Assembly (NCBI GenBank): GCA_051313645.2
Contig: JBNRSN020000003.1
Coordinates: 159,278,001 to 159,342,000 of the forward strand
Direction: 5' to 3'
Source: Centroscyllium fabricii
Lineage: Eukaryota
Length of the DNA stretch: 64,000 nucleotides
Shown: one piece after another, positions 10,201 through 22,808 of the stretch
Layout of the letters: the number at the start of each line of letters is the position of its first letter
Position numbering within the stretch: the stretch's first letter is position 1
Notes under the pieces: model-generated
The model's database searches: none
Told to the model about the DNA's origin: nothing
Seen by the model: only the letters and a program-made list of their open reading frames with translations
Program-made: the position numbers and the translations under genes

Positions 10201-11674
10201 TGTAGGATTCTCAAAATTCCCACATCTCCCAAGTTACTAATAAAGGACCCTGAAGGACAAGTTATTAATAAGGGAACCCTGAGGGAAATGGCTTTTGGAC
10301 TCTATGGTAAAAACTGCAAGTTTAAAGTTAGGCCCTGCAGACAGCATGTCAAATTCAAAAGGCTTAAAGCGTGACCTGACTGGGCATGTAGGGAACCACC
10401 TTTGAAACCAGACAAGTGGATAAGACAGAATATGCATTTTAACAATCAACTCAGGAAAATACTTAATCTTGCACAAACTTAAAGCCCATCAATACTGTGC
10501 ATAAATAATCGCTTACAGTGCAAACTAGCTACCAAGCCAGGAATACGCCAATTAACATTTTGCAGGACAAACACCCAAGTCATTAAAGCCACTTAGCAAC
10601 GAGACACCACCCCAAAACCAGTTAAGGTGAATGGCTATAATCACCTTAACGGGCCCACCAAAAATCAATGAACTAACCCTGATTTGGTACACAGATAACG
10701 AATGCATAAACAGTATAACTGTAGGCCAAGCAGTAACAAAGCAAGCATTTGAAGGAGCACTCAAGAAGACGCATTGCACTCGGTGATTCGAGAGAATTCA
10801 CAAAGGAACCAACAGAAAGGCTCACGAAAACATCATGGCGAGAGGATACGGTGGGGCAGGCTCGACCGAAAACAAGGCCACAACCGCAGCCCGACACGAG
10901 GACGGACCACAGGCACCGCGGTAACAAAGAACTGGGTAACTCATACCTTTAGATCAGTAGCACCACACAGGTAATGATCTAGGCCACCGCGACCAAGCCG
11001 ACACCCAAGACCGCCAACCAAACCCCAACCGCAATAAAACTCGACGACCAGACCACCACCGGAAGAACTCAACCCAAAGTTTCCACTCTACAACCTAAAG
11101 TACCCAACACAGACTTTACTCTCCCTACTTCTAACGGAGAAAAGTGGGTACTCACCAGACAAATCCACAACCGCGCCCAACCACATCAGCGGACTCCACT
11201 AAACTGAAGAACCTTCGCAGATTCTAAGACTGGTACCACGTGGAGACAGCAGGCCCCAGAGGACACAAAGAGCAAACCCCAAAAACACAACCGACTTAAC
11301 TGACAGGATTCGAACGGTCAAGAAACCCCTGTTGGTGAGCATGATCCATGGTACAATTTAGTTAGGTATTGGGGGTGAGAACAAGGGTAGGGGGATTATT
11401 GTGATTTTTCCCTCGTTGTGCCGTGTGTTCCCCATTCCTAATTAAGTGTCCTCTTGAATGCCTGTAACTATTCCAGTAATCTAAGTAATTTCTACAGGTT
11501 ATCATTTTGTTGTAACTAATAAAATGCAATTTTCTTGCACCAAACCAGTTGTCTACTCCAATTTTATATCGTAGCCTGTACCCAAGTCCAGAGTCTAGAA
11601 CTCCAGGGGCGTGGGAGCGATTCAAACCGCTCAGACAGTCAGAGGCAAAGCTGACCCACAGGCCACCCCCTACA
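10201..11674 (+). mobile_element. Solo LTR, 1474 bp (Gypsy or class I ERV type)
   Basis: Termini TGTAGG...CCTACA; perfect 4-bp TSD ATGG (10197-10200 and 11675-11678); AATAAA at 11518; no PBS or internal coding sequence beside it. Confidence 0.85.
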
Positions 11675-12749
11675 ATGGTTTCATGGTGGCAGTCTAAGAG
11701 TACATCACTGAAGTGTCCATTCTTTCTGCGGAAGCATGGGCAGTGATGGCCAACAGATTATCTGATTGTGGAGGGCATAACATAGGCTTTGCAGCAGTGG
11801 TCACTGGATAGTAATCACAGGCAGGAACCCTGGCTGATTCCCCCCTCCCCCCACCTTTTAGAATGTTGAGATCAATATATTAAAAACCACCACTATGGTA
11901 GTAATCAACTTATACACATTTACGCACACACTTGCATGTACTCACACCTTCACACACACTCTCAATCTCTGTGTTAACCTAGTTAGGTTAGAAGTGTTTT
12001 ATTAAGCTGCTAAATTGGAAGTGCAACCACAAAAGGAAAGCTATGCTTCCATCTAGACATATCTGAAACAATAACGTACATTATAATGGGTCAAAGAAAG
12101 AGAGCTCAACTTATTCCTTGTACCCTATGTGCAATATTTAGGTTTTAGCAAGTAAATACAACTGTGGTATTGTTCAAACACTGAGCTCTATGTCAAGTAT
12201 GCAACTTCAATAAAGAAACCTATCCAGACATTAAAATAAAACATCCTGCAAAGTTTATTCTATGGGAACAAAATAAAAACTTTTAAATAAACTTGAAAGC
12301 TGTGTTTTACACCATGACTACATCAATACATGTGTTTTCAAATTGACTTATTTCCTCATAACCCAAGTTGCAATAACATAATTCAACACAACTATCAGAA
12401 ATAATGTCTTCCATTTTGACATTAAGAGGTAACAATACCACAGAAATGATTCAGTCATACATGTGCATTTAGTCTTCAGGGGGTCATCATTTAACAACTC
12501 AAACAAATCAAAAAGTTAGTTTACCAATTTAATTTTTTTTTGCAAATATCTATTAAGGTTTCATATACAAATCAAAACAGCAAACAACCCACCTGAAATT
12601 AACGATCTATTTTGCTTCATGACCAGTGTTTTAAGCACCACACTGTTAACCGGATTCTGGATGCAAAGTCTACCTCTTTTTTGTGAATTTACAATCTTTT
12701 GCACACCTTCACGTCAACAAAAAAGTTACAATAAAAACCCAATTAAGTA

Positions 12750-12842
12750 ACGAAAGGTCATTGACCTGAAACGTTAACTCTGCTTCTCTCTCCACAGATG
12801 CAGCCGGACCTGCTGAGTATTTCCAACATTTTTGGTTTTTAC
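12750..12842 (+). repeat. Penelope-type terminal repeat fragment
   Basis: CGAAAGGTCATTGACCTGAAACGTTAACTCTG...CCTGCTGAGTATTTCC; the 5' part of the hammerhead core is missing. Confidence 0.65.
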
Positions 12843-14590
12843 CCAATTAAGGATGCAGTTTTAATAAAATTCTAAACATACTTTCCAGACAGCAGTTTAT
12901 ATTTTATTCATTTTTAAACCATATACACAATAGATATGAATTTCTTCCATAGCATTAGATAGATTTATTCAATATTTCAGTATGTGGACAGAACCTAGAG
13001 GGAATGCAGGTGGCACAAAGAAATTCATAATATAAAAGCAATGATTGCTTCAGTTCTCCTGCTTGTATTTCTAGACAGACCAATAAACCTTACTAATGCC
13101 TAGATTTACTAGAAAATTTCTATTCATTTCCCCGTGTGGCAGAAACTAAGCTAATAAAGTCCCACCGAGAGCAGAGTCAGGCTAAATCCCTCAACCACTG
13201 AAAACGCTGCCTGGCTAAATCTCACTTCACTTTTCCATTCTGCCAACCACTTAGGGCAGGGCCCAAGGGAGCTCTGCAGCTTATCCCTCCTCACGCAATG
13301 TCACAGGCACAAGTCTGAGTGGTCCAATCAGTGCTCAGAAAAGAATCAACTAAAAAGATTAAAACACAGATGTTCATGCATTTCTCATACAGCATGCCCT
13401 GTGGTCTGTTACTAGGGCAACAAGAGACCACCAATGTGCATTTTATTGGCTTTATAAAATGCATCACATAGTTGGAAAAGTACTATGATAATAGTGGAGC
13501 TTTTGCTGGACTTGCTTGCCCATCAGTATTATAATAGCATTTTCTACATACAAACAATAAAAAAAACTGATTAATAATCAACCTCCAAATAAAAACTGCA
13601 CATCTTCATTTTTCTTTACAATTCTATTATGGAAAGCAAAATGTAATTCTAAATGCAGAGACTACATTGTATTAATTGCAGTCTGAATAGTAAATAGTAT
13701 TTGTTTTGTTAAGTGTGTGCACACAATTGTAAACCTTCAAGCAAAAGTGAATTATTATTCTGGTTCTACACAGTCCTTAGTGCCAAGTGAAATATAGTAC
13801 TAGGAAAGCTGGCTGCAGGACAGAACACAAACACACGCATCCTCAACAATATCAATAAACCTTTAATCATCTGGGCAGATATAACAGCTTCACCTTTCCC
13901 GCACCTACAACCTCGGCTTTCTCCTCTAATCCAAGCAGGATCTGGCAGGCCCAGACCAGTCAGGGGAAACATCACAAATCTCGAAGGACTACTGTGGTTC
14001 AAGTGTTGATTTACAGAGGGCAGGCAGAACAGATCAATAGGAGAACAGACTACATTCAAATTCACAGGAGAAAGTGAACATGCTGAGACAATAATTTCCT
14101 GGGAAAGCTAAAACCTAATGAGAATTAACTCTGTCCGTTTCATTCAGACAACCAACCCCTTTGTGGGCAACAGCTTCCTGACAGACAGGAACTCAAGGCC
14201 TCTTAATAGGATTTCCATATGATTTCCAACACCTGCCTAAAAAGTTATTTGTATATATTCAGAAAGAGCTCCTTGATTCAGACATCTGCTTGTAGTGCAG
14301 TTACATCTTAGGAAACAATCTAGAAAGCAGTTTTGTTGCCATGGTAATGTGGATTTTCATTCTGCCCTTTAATGCACAGTAAAGTACAACATTTCCACCC
14401 TTAGTTCTAAAAAAGCAAAACTATACTCATCTGCAGGATAGTTGATCAGTTTAATTTTGCTTCCTCTACAAGATTTAACGTGCAAAACAGAACACTTTAA
14501 TTGTTATCACTATGCTTCAATTAACGTTATTACATTTAACCAATATATTTCTGTACACTGTAACCTGACATAAGACACTAATGTGTTCAC

Positions 14591-14751
14591 CAATGTTCCC
14601 TCTAATATTTTTGGCCCACACGGCCCCTTTAACAGGCTGCGTGGGCCATTCAAAATTCCATGCAACGTGTTTTGTCTATTTAAGAGGGGGCTCACCGGCT
14701 GTGCGAGACCTGCAGGTCGCTGCATGGCCGCACAGCTTAAAAAGAATGTTG
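14591..14751. mobile_element. hAT-type MITE
   Basis: TIR CAATGTTCCCTCTAA with a degenerate right copy; 8-bp TSD GTGTTCAC/GTATTCAC. Confidence 0.8.
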
Positions 14752-15198
14752 GTATTCACATATTCTACCTGATGACTCAGTCACAAGCCAATGCAAGTCA
14801 TTCAATTGTCCCATAAACAATTAAAGCACCCACACAAGTTCTGCAGGACATGTACACCTAAAGGCAAATTAAGTACATTTGGCATTAGAAGACAATTTAA
14901 AATGAACAAAACCTTAGTTACCATCATATAGCTTTTCATTACACCAATGAACTAAAGAAAATGCCAATAACGATTGGCCACAAACCCCAAAATTATTTTT
15001 CACTAATGCTCATTTGTTTATTTCACTAAGAATATATTTCAGTGAGTAGCAGGAGCAAATAACAGGATGGAAACCAATAACACAAACCTCAGACTATAGC
15101 CGGTACAAAATGGGTGAAGAGCTTCCTACTATTTACTATTGTATAATTATATCAGATGTCAGGTGCCCAACATCTATAATCATCTAAGCAGCCAACAT

Positions 15199-15410
15199 CA
15201 TAGGATTACATAGGATATACAGCACAGAAACAGGCCATTCGGCCCGACCAGTCCATGCTGGCATTTATGCTCCACATGAGCCTCCTCCAGTCTTTCCTCA
15301 TCTAAATCTATCATAACCCTCTAACACTCAGCATAACCGTCTATCCCATTTTTCCTCATATGCTTGTCTAGCCTCCCCTTAAATGTATCCATACTATTCG
15401 CTTCAACCAC
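15199..15410 (-). mobile_element. CR1 3'-tail fragment
   Basis: Reverse CR1 tail: CATAGGATTACATAGGATATACAGCACAGAAACAGGCCATTCGGCCC. Confidence 0.75.
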
Positions 15411-18400
15411 ATCCATAAAAATTATTAACTGGATTATCTGTTCAGATTACAGACTTAAAGCTTTGCGCTGAACAGCATAACATAAATTCTCTGACCTAGG
15501 GAACAGCAAGCCATTTAAAAAAAAACTCAGGACAGTTTTCTATGTAGTGGTTCCTGACAATGATGGGAACACGAAGGGTCAACTTCAAGCTTCTGACATA
15601 TCTTTGCAAATATCAACACTAAAATGGCTTATTAATCAGAAAGTGTCATATAATGGTCATATAATCCTAAATGTTCTTTGTCTCAGCCAGCCTTGTAACC
15701 TATTGCATTCCTTGGAGGTGCTGGCAAACAGTAACCCCTGTAAGCCGAACTCCCTCTCCCCCACAGCACTTCTCCATTCACAATGTCACTGGAGTAGGAC
15801 CATTTAAACTCAAGATTGCTACTGAATTTTGAGAGAGCTATTGCCATTGTTACAGCTTAGACTAGCCTATTGTCATAATTGCTCAATTCTCTCCTTTGCC
15901 AGGACGATGAAAATATCGGTTTGAAAAAAAGACAGGAAAACAAGAGGGGGCTAAATGTAGAAACTTTTAAATTTAAAACAACAATGCACCACTTGTTTTG
16001 CTGCTGTTTTATGCTAAGCTTTATGCAATTGCCAAAATCTTCTGAAAGCAAATGTATAACAACATTTATCTTGTGCATTAATCTTAAATATATATAATTG
16101 TGAAGTTTCTCTCATATCATTAGCATAACCTACACTATGACTACTGTAATGGTCGTCTCTTTGGATACAACACACACTCATTTATAAAGCATACGTGAAT
16201 TCAAAGCCCAAAAATTGTGTGAGCTTTGTAAAAATAAAAAGGCAATGTTTTAAGAATTTAATCTTTATTCAATATTTGTAGTTATTCAATATAAAGTGAT
16301 AAAAGGATCATAAGCCAACACTCAGACAATGTGAGCCTTTAGCTTTAATAAAAAAAAGTTGTGTGTGAGTGCATTATATGACTGTAAACCACTGTATAAT
16401 GCTGCAAGGAGAGAAGCATGATTATGGTCATTCACCATTACATTTTTTGTGTAGGAAATGAATTTTATTACATCAAATGTAAAATCAAGACCAACTCACT
16501 TCAAATCCCATCTAAAGTCACAAATAAAATAGGACTTAATAATTGGTCAAACCAATCAACTTTAATGTTTCTTCTGTATTCCTTCTATTCTGTAGAAGTT
16601 GTCTGATGGGTCTTTAAACTTCTGGTTGGTGTTGTGAGAACAACTTTTATTATGCAAGAGGTTTTTTTTAAATTAAAAGTCAATCAGATCATCAGTACTG
16701 CACAAAACTTTACTTGTTTATATTATATCCTACGCTAATTGTTACCAGCGTATCCTTTAATTTGCACATTAATGGCTTTCAGAAGACCCATAAAAAAATT
16801 CAGGCATCATTAATTTGAATTTGCACTGAAATTTCCCCTTGACAGACAGCCAAAAATTGCTTATTATTTAGAGCACTAGTAATGCCTGTTTGCACATTAG
16901 TAGAGGAGAAAAGGGAAAAATTAAATGCAAGAGGAAATTTATGTCATGTTCATTACCTGTTAAATGTTAAAGAGCATTATACTGCATGAATAAATTATCT
17001 TCTACAAGGATACAGTGTGCAGCTGTTGGGAATTGTCACATTCTGGCGGTTAAACATCAGTATTAGTCACATGGTGTAAAATCATAAAAAGCCTCTCCTA
17101 CACTGAACCACTTAAGAGACGACAGATCAATAAAACAAGAGACTAACTGCTACTTTGTGCATTGCTGAAAACATTTAAGGAAATTAACAAGCTATTGTAT
17201 CTTGAAATGCTGGCAGTAAGCTTTTCATCCTAAAATAAATCATTCTGATGGGTCTTTAAACTTCTGGTACCAAAAATATTTCCTTTTTAGCCATAAAACG
17301 AGCTTCATTTTCTATCACTGTGGAGCTAAAGTAATTTCAGTTTTTGGTTTTCTCTCCACGTGTTAACTAGAAAGTGCAGAAATAATTAATTTAACCAATA
17401 GGCCTATTTCCTTCCATGAAGAGGAAATGGTACGCTGCATTAGAATTGCTAAATTACTGCCCCCCCCGGCCAGCATTAAAAAAAAATTAAAATCTCCAAA
17501 CTGATCCCTACATTTGTTTATAAACATAAGGCAGGCCTTTGGCTAGACGTAAATTGCATAGGTCTACCATTGTACCTAGCCACAGAATTCAACATTACCC
17601 AGTTAAAAAATAAACTAACAATTTATTGGGACTCTCTAACTGCCTTTGTGCACTGCTAATTTAAGTCCATTTCATTTATACCAATATCACTTCAGTCATA
17701 AAATATTTAAAAACTTGGAAGTACACAGATTAGTTATGTGGGAAGTTATGAGTGGAAAGGTATGAATTTTTATGTATTAAATAATTCCTGCATAAAAGCA
17801 CAAATGCACTCTGGTCTGTGCTAAATTAGTTGATGTCACTAAAGGTTACATTCAGCTTCAAAGTCCTGGGCTTGTGAAGTGTCACAAAATATCTGATCAC
17901 TAGCCAGCAACCCCTTTTGAAAGGGTATACATGGGCGATGTCTAGTCAGAACTGGATCAAGTTTGGTTGCAATGCCCTTAAAAGTGAAACAGCCCACGGA
18001 AACTCAATAGGTAGGTTCAACCAGAGAATGGCCACCATGAAAAGACACCAATCCCAATGGAACTGTGTTTAGTATGGTTCATCTCTTCTGGGAAAGAAAA
18101 AAATACTTTATTGGGGCGGGGGGGGGGGGGGGGGGGGGGTTGGATAGAAACATGTCTTATTCTTTACAGAACTTTTTAAGCAATATCTGAAATTTTCATA
18201 TTTAAATTTTAAAAAAAAGTAACATTGTCTAAAGCTACATTTGCACTAAAAATACTAATTAATGAGAAAGTGTCAACGTATGTCATCTCTTTTTTAATCC
18301 AGCAGTCGTCCTACTCCTATTACAAATTGCTAACAAGGTTACTTAAAAACGAATGTACTTGTGATGCAAGAATTTAAGGAATGTTGATCTATTATGAAGA

Positions 18401-19257
18401 AATTTAAAAAATGAAATTCAAGTACTGAAGATTTTAAATTATTTAAATAGCAATCAAAATGCTACCTGAAGAAATTACATACCTCAAACCTACTAGAGTA
18501 ATCTGAAACAGCTCATTTTTCACAAAAGAACCACTATTTTTCTGTTATCAATTATTTTGGTCCTCAGACTGTGCAAAGTGGTGGTTTTCAAAACTATATT
18601 TTATTTAAACAACAAATAATACTAGTTATTTTTAGCTCTTGCAGATTTAAGGCCCAAAATTTCTGGACCTGGGACAGCACGACCAGGACAATCACTAGCT
18701 GAAGGGGCAGAATTTTGGGTGGATCCCAGTTCCACCCCTTTTTTGTTTTACCCACAATGAGAAATTCTGCTGGGAGAAGTCAAGAGGGCTGCTTACAATT
18801 GCATGCCACTGAAGAGGCAGATCTTGCAGGATGGCGTGAGCCACCAGATATTCTGCCACTTCTGTCATGCATGCACCCCATGGAAAGTACACCTGCATGA
18901 TGCGAGTCGAAGTAGTACCCACAATGCAAGATTTCAACAAAAACAGCTAGTTCAAAATTGGTACTTTATAAAATGTTGACTTTCTTTGGTAGGAATGGCC
19001 CACCTCTCCATGGAGCACTTTGAAACTACTGGCCTCCCACAGAAACACCATAAAATGGCACAGGGGCAGGTGCCCACCCTCTTTCTACAAATGACCCAGT
19101 CCCTGGGATTTGGGATGGGGCCAGGGCCACCATCAATTACAAACAACGGTGATCTTAAGTACCTGTATATTTTTTGCAGTAACCACACACTGATCCAGAA
19201 ATTACCACAAACACCCCATGACAAAGAACACCTCCCCACTGCACCTTTTGGCTGTGA

Positions 19258-20891
19258 TAGAAACATACAAGATAGGAGCAGGAGTAGGCCATTCGGCCCC
19301 TTGAGCCTGCTCCGCCATTCAATTAGATCATGACTGATATTTCAGATTCAGTACCCTGTCTGTGCCTTCTCCCCATATCCCTTGATCCCTTCAGCCTGAA
19401 GAAATATATCCAACTCTTTCTTGAATATATTTAATGAACCGGCCTCCACCGCCCGCTGTAGCAGAAAATTCCACAGGTTCACCACTCTCTGGGTGAAGAA
19501 ATTCCCCCTCATCTCAGTCCTAAATGGCTTTCCCCTTATCCTTAAGACTATGGCCCCTAGTTCTGGACTCCCCTTTCATCAGAAACATCCTTCCTGCATC
19601 CAGTCCGTCCAGGCCTGACAGAATTTTATAGGTTTCAATGAGATCCCTTCTCTATCGTCTGAACTCCAGTGAGTATAAGCCCAATCGACTCAATCTCTCC
19701 CCATACGTCATTCCTGCCATCCCAGGTATCAGCCTGGTGAATCTTCGCTGCACTCCTTCCATGGCAAGATCATCCTTCCTCAGATGAGGCGACCAAAACT
19801 GCACACAATACTCGAGGTGTGGTCTCACCAAGGTCCTGTAGAGCTGCAGCAAGACATCCTTGTTCTTATATTCAAACCCTCTTGCTACGAAGGCCAACAT
19901 ACTATTTGCCTTCTGAACCTCCTGTTGCACCTGCATGCTTACCTTCAGTGACTGGTGCACAAGAACACCCAGGTCTCTTTGCACTTTCCCATCTCCCAAT
20001 CTATTGCCATTCAAATAATAATCTTCCCTCCTGTTTTTGCCACCAAGTGGATAACCTCACATTTATCCACATTATAGTGCATTTGCCATGTATCTGCCCA
20101 ATTCCCCAACCTGTCCAAATCGCATTGGAGTTTCTCGACATCCTCCTCACAGCATACCCTCCCCACCCAGCTTTGTCTCATCTGCAAATTTGGAGATATT
20201 ACATCCAATTCCCTCGTCCAGATCATTAATATATATTGTGAACAGCTGGGGTCCTAGGACCGATCCTTGCAGTACCCCACTAGTCACTGCCTGCCACTTG
20301 GAAAATGACCCGTTTATTCCAACTCACTGTTTTCTATCTGCCAACCAGTTCTCTATCCAAGTCAATACCTTGCCCCCAATCCCATGAGCCTTAATTTTGC
20401 ACGCTAATCTCTTATGAGGGACCTTATCGAAAGCTTTCTGAAAGTCCAAATACACCACGTCTACTGGTTCTCCCCTATCTATTTTACCAGTTACATCCTC
20501 AAAAATTTCCAGTGATTATTCAAGCACGATTTACCTTTTGCAAATCCATGTTGACTCTGTCCGATCCCGTCACTATTTTTCAAGTGTACTGCTATTACAT
20601 CTTTAGTAATGTACTCCAGCATTTTCCCCACTACCGATGTCAGGCTTACTGGTCTATAATTCCCCGCTTTTTTTCTACCCCCTTTTTTGAATAGTGGGGT
20701 AACATTAGCTACTCTCCAATCCATGGGTACTGTTCCAGAGTCTATCGAGTACTGGATGATGATCAGCAATGCATCTGCTATCTCCAGGGCCACTTCCTTA
20801 AATACCCCAGGATGTAGATTATCCGGCCCTGGGGATTTGTCGGCCTTCAATCCCTTCAACTTCCCCAACACCATATACCTACAAATACTGT
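19258..20891 (-). mobile_element. CR1 LINE 3' fragment, frameshifted RT
   Basis: ORFs 19652..20014, 20011..20226 and 20491..21003 carry CR1 RT motifs (KSPGPD, DWRVANVTPLFKKG, NYRPVSLTSVVGK); 3' tail near 19260. Confidence 0.95.
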
Positions 20892-20914
20892 CAAACAGAG
20901 GCCGCCCACCTGCC

Positions 20915-21200
20915 CAGGTGAACTTAAAGGATCCTTTGGCACTACACAGAAACGAGCAGGGAGTGCTCCAGTGCATTATTACCCCTTCAACCAACACCAC
21001 CAAAATTAGATTAACTGGTCATTCATCTCATTTGCTGTTTGTGCAATGTTTGTGTGTGTAAATTGGCTGCTACATTTGCCTGCACAACAATAGCTCCTTC
21101 AACTCAAAAGAAATTCCGGAAAATAATTAATTGGTTCTAAAGCACTTTGGGATGCCCTGTAGACAGTGATAATGTGCTCTATAAATGCAAGTTCTTTATT
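20915..21200 (+). mobile_element. Old SINE with Deu-like core and L2-type tail
   Basis: CTGGTCATTCATCTCATTTGCTGTTTGTG...AAATTGGCTGC...AAAGCACTTTGGGATG...TATAAATGCAAG; related pieces at 43445-43790 and 49635-49805. Confidence 0.6.
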
Positions 21201-21351
21201 TCTTTACCTATATTGCCACTTTCATAAGTCAAATCTCAAAAGAAGATGCAGGAGTCACATTCAGTTACTTTTGGTCAAATATATAGACTTAAAAAAAAAT
21301 CTTGCAGTAAAAGAGTTTAAGTACAGTTTTGACTAATCACTTGTACGATAG

Positions 21352-21462
21352 TAAAATACTGCAGATGCTGGAAATCCAAAACAACAACAGAAAATGCTGG
21401 AAAAACTCAGCAGGCCAGGCAACATCCATGGCCTGCTGAGTTTTCCAGCATTTTCTGCTGTT
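21352..21462. repeat. Short fold-back of Penelope-type terminal repeat without the hammerhead core
   Basis: CAGAAAATGCTGGAAAAACTCAGCAGGCCA ... TGGCCTGCTGAGTTTTCCAGCATTTTCTG inverted arms. Confidence 0.75.
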
Positions 21463-22026
21463 AATTTTGACTAATCACTGCTTGGTTTGGATATCAATAG
21501 TCAATTGAAAAAAGCAGTTTTTGCCAGATAACCCACACTGGAAACAGAAGGTGCTTTTACAGTGTGCTATTGACAGCAGCTGCTCAGTACTCCTCCAGCA
21601 CTGGCACACTAGAACGCAAGAATGGGTAAGTGTGCACCTCCCATAATGCCAAGTTTATCTGGCTCCCAAAGACAGACGCCAAAGGCAAGAAGTTGTTGTT
21701 CCTATTTCCCACTAGCCCACCAACATAGACCAGCAGTATGGTGGTACATTAAAAAAGGAACGAGCTGACGCTCAGATCATGGATATCCCATTGAGCACGG
21801 GTTTCCTGGTGCTTCAGCTCCAATATAAAAGTGTCTATAGACACAGCACTAAAGTTAAAGTTTGCAATTGTGCCAACCAAAGCATTCTTGTTACATTCTG
21901 GTACTGCAGCAATATCGGAAGATACAAGTGAAAATCAAAAGCACAAAATCAAAAGCACAAAAGCAAGAAGTTATCAAAAGATATAATTTTTATCCCGTTT
22001 GTCAAAAAAATATAGTTGAAACTTAC

Positions 22027-22043
22027 CTTTACTGAGTCTCTGT
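22027..22043 (-). CDS. TLE4: TLE 17-nt microexon (DRDSVK)
   Basis: Minus strand reads GAGAACAG|ACAGAGACTCAGTAAAG|GTAAGT. It exactly bridges the phase-1 upstream exon and the phase-0 downstream exon and matches recalled TLE4 DRDSIK. Confidence 0.9.
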
Positions 22044-22462
22044 CTGTTCTCACGGAAGCCACATCATTAAATAAATGAACGAGGTTGCAAGCAAGTACAG
22101 ATCGGGGAAAAATTGGTGGGGTGGGGGGGGTGGGTGGAAAGAGAGGGGGAAAACAAGCACGTGTTATCATGACCATCATTTTATCCCAATCACCAGATAT
22201 GCTGCTTCCTAGCAAAGCACATTTTCATACCTTATATTAACAAGTTTGCACCAAGGTGAGCCCAGTACTAACCTCCCATCACTGCAGTGTAAGTAAACAT
22301 CTGGCCTGGTCTTAAATACATCATTTAAACCCAACACAGAATATAACAAAAAAGGTGGTGGTGGGGGGGGGGGGGGGGTGTTGAAATATGTTGCCTCTTC
22401 CTCTTGCACCCCTCCACCGGAGAAACAATTTGTAATTGGCAATTAACACATCAGTAGTAGTA

Positions 22463-22808
22463 CAGGTAAACAATCCTTTATCCGAAACCCTTGGGACCGG
22501 ACGGGTCTCTGATTCCGGATTTTTTCAGTTTTCGGATTGTCTAACATTGCCCGTGTTGGCGGCCCAGTGCGCAGGCGCGGAACGACGCACTGCGCATGCG
22601 CATTGCCGTTCTCTGAAATGGAAGAGACGCTCCCGGGAGGTGGTAGGAGATTGTGGGCTCGGGGAGTAATTGTACCCACGGGTGGGCTGGAAACTCAGTG
22701 TAGGCCTCAGGCCCCGATTAAATTTAGGTTTGTGCTCCAAAACGGGTCATGTGACACTCCGAAAAAACTTTCGGTTTTCGGAGTTGCGGATAAAGGATTG
22801 TGTACCTG
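22463..22808 (+). mobile_element. Tigger4/Zombi-like MITE, family B
   Basis: TA|CAGGTAAACAATCCTTTATCCG ... CGGATAAAGGATTGTGTACCTG|TA. Confidence 0.9.

Noticed and set aside
17810-18090. Very old interspersed repeat with faint relatives near 11700, 37930, 47170 and 58230
   Set aside because: Similarity is too weak to define boundaries or a family by eye.
18113-18139. Long G/C homopolymers (also near 1551, 22362, 29344, 33087, 59492) as functional G-quadruplex elements
   Set aside because: They are simple slippage-prone runs on either strand, some inside repeats; their lengths are unreliable in assemblies and they show no positional pattern.
21949-22215. 88-aa ORF spanning the microexon as a longer coding exon
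   Set aside because: Only DRDSVK resembles TLE; the rest is pyrimidine tract and intron, with no acceptor AG for 151 nt.
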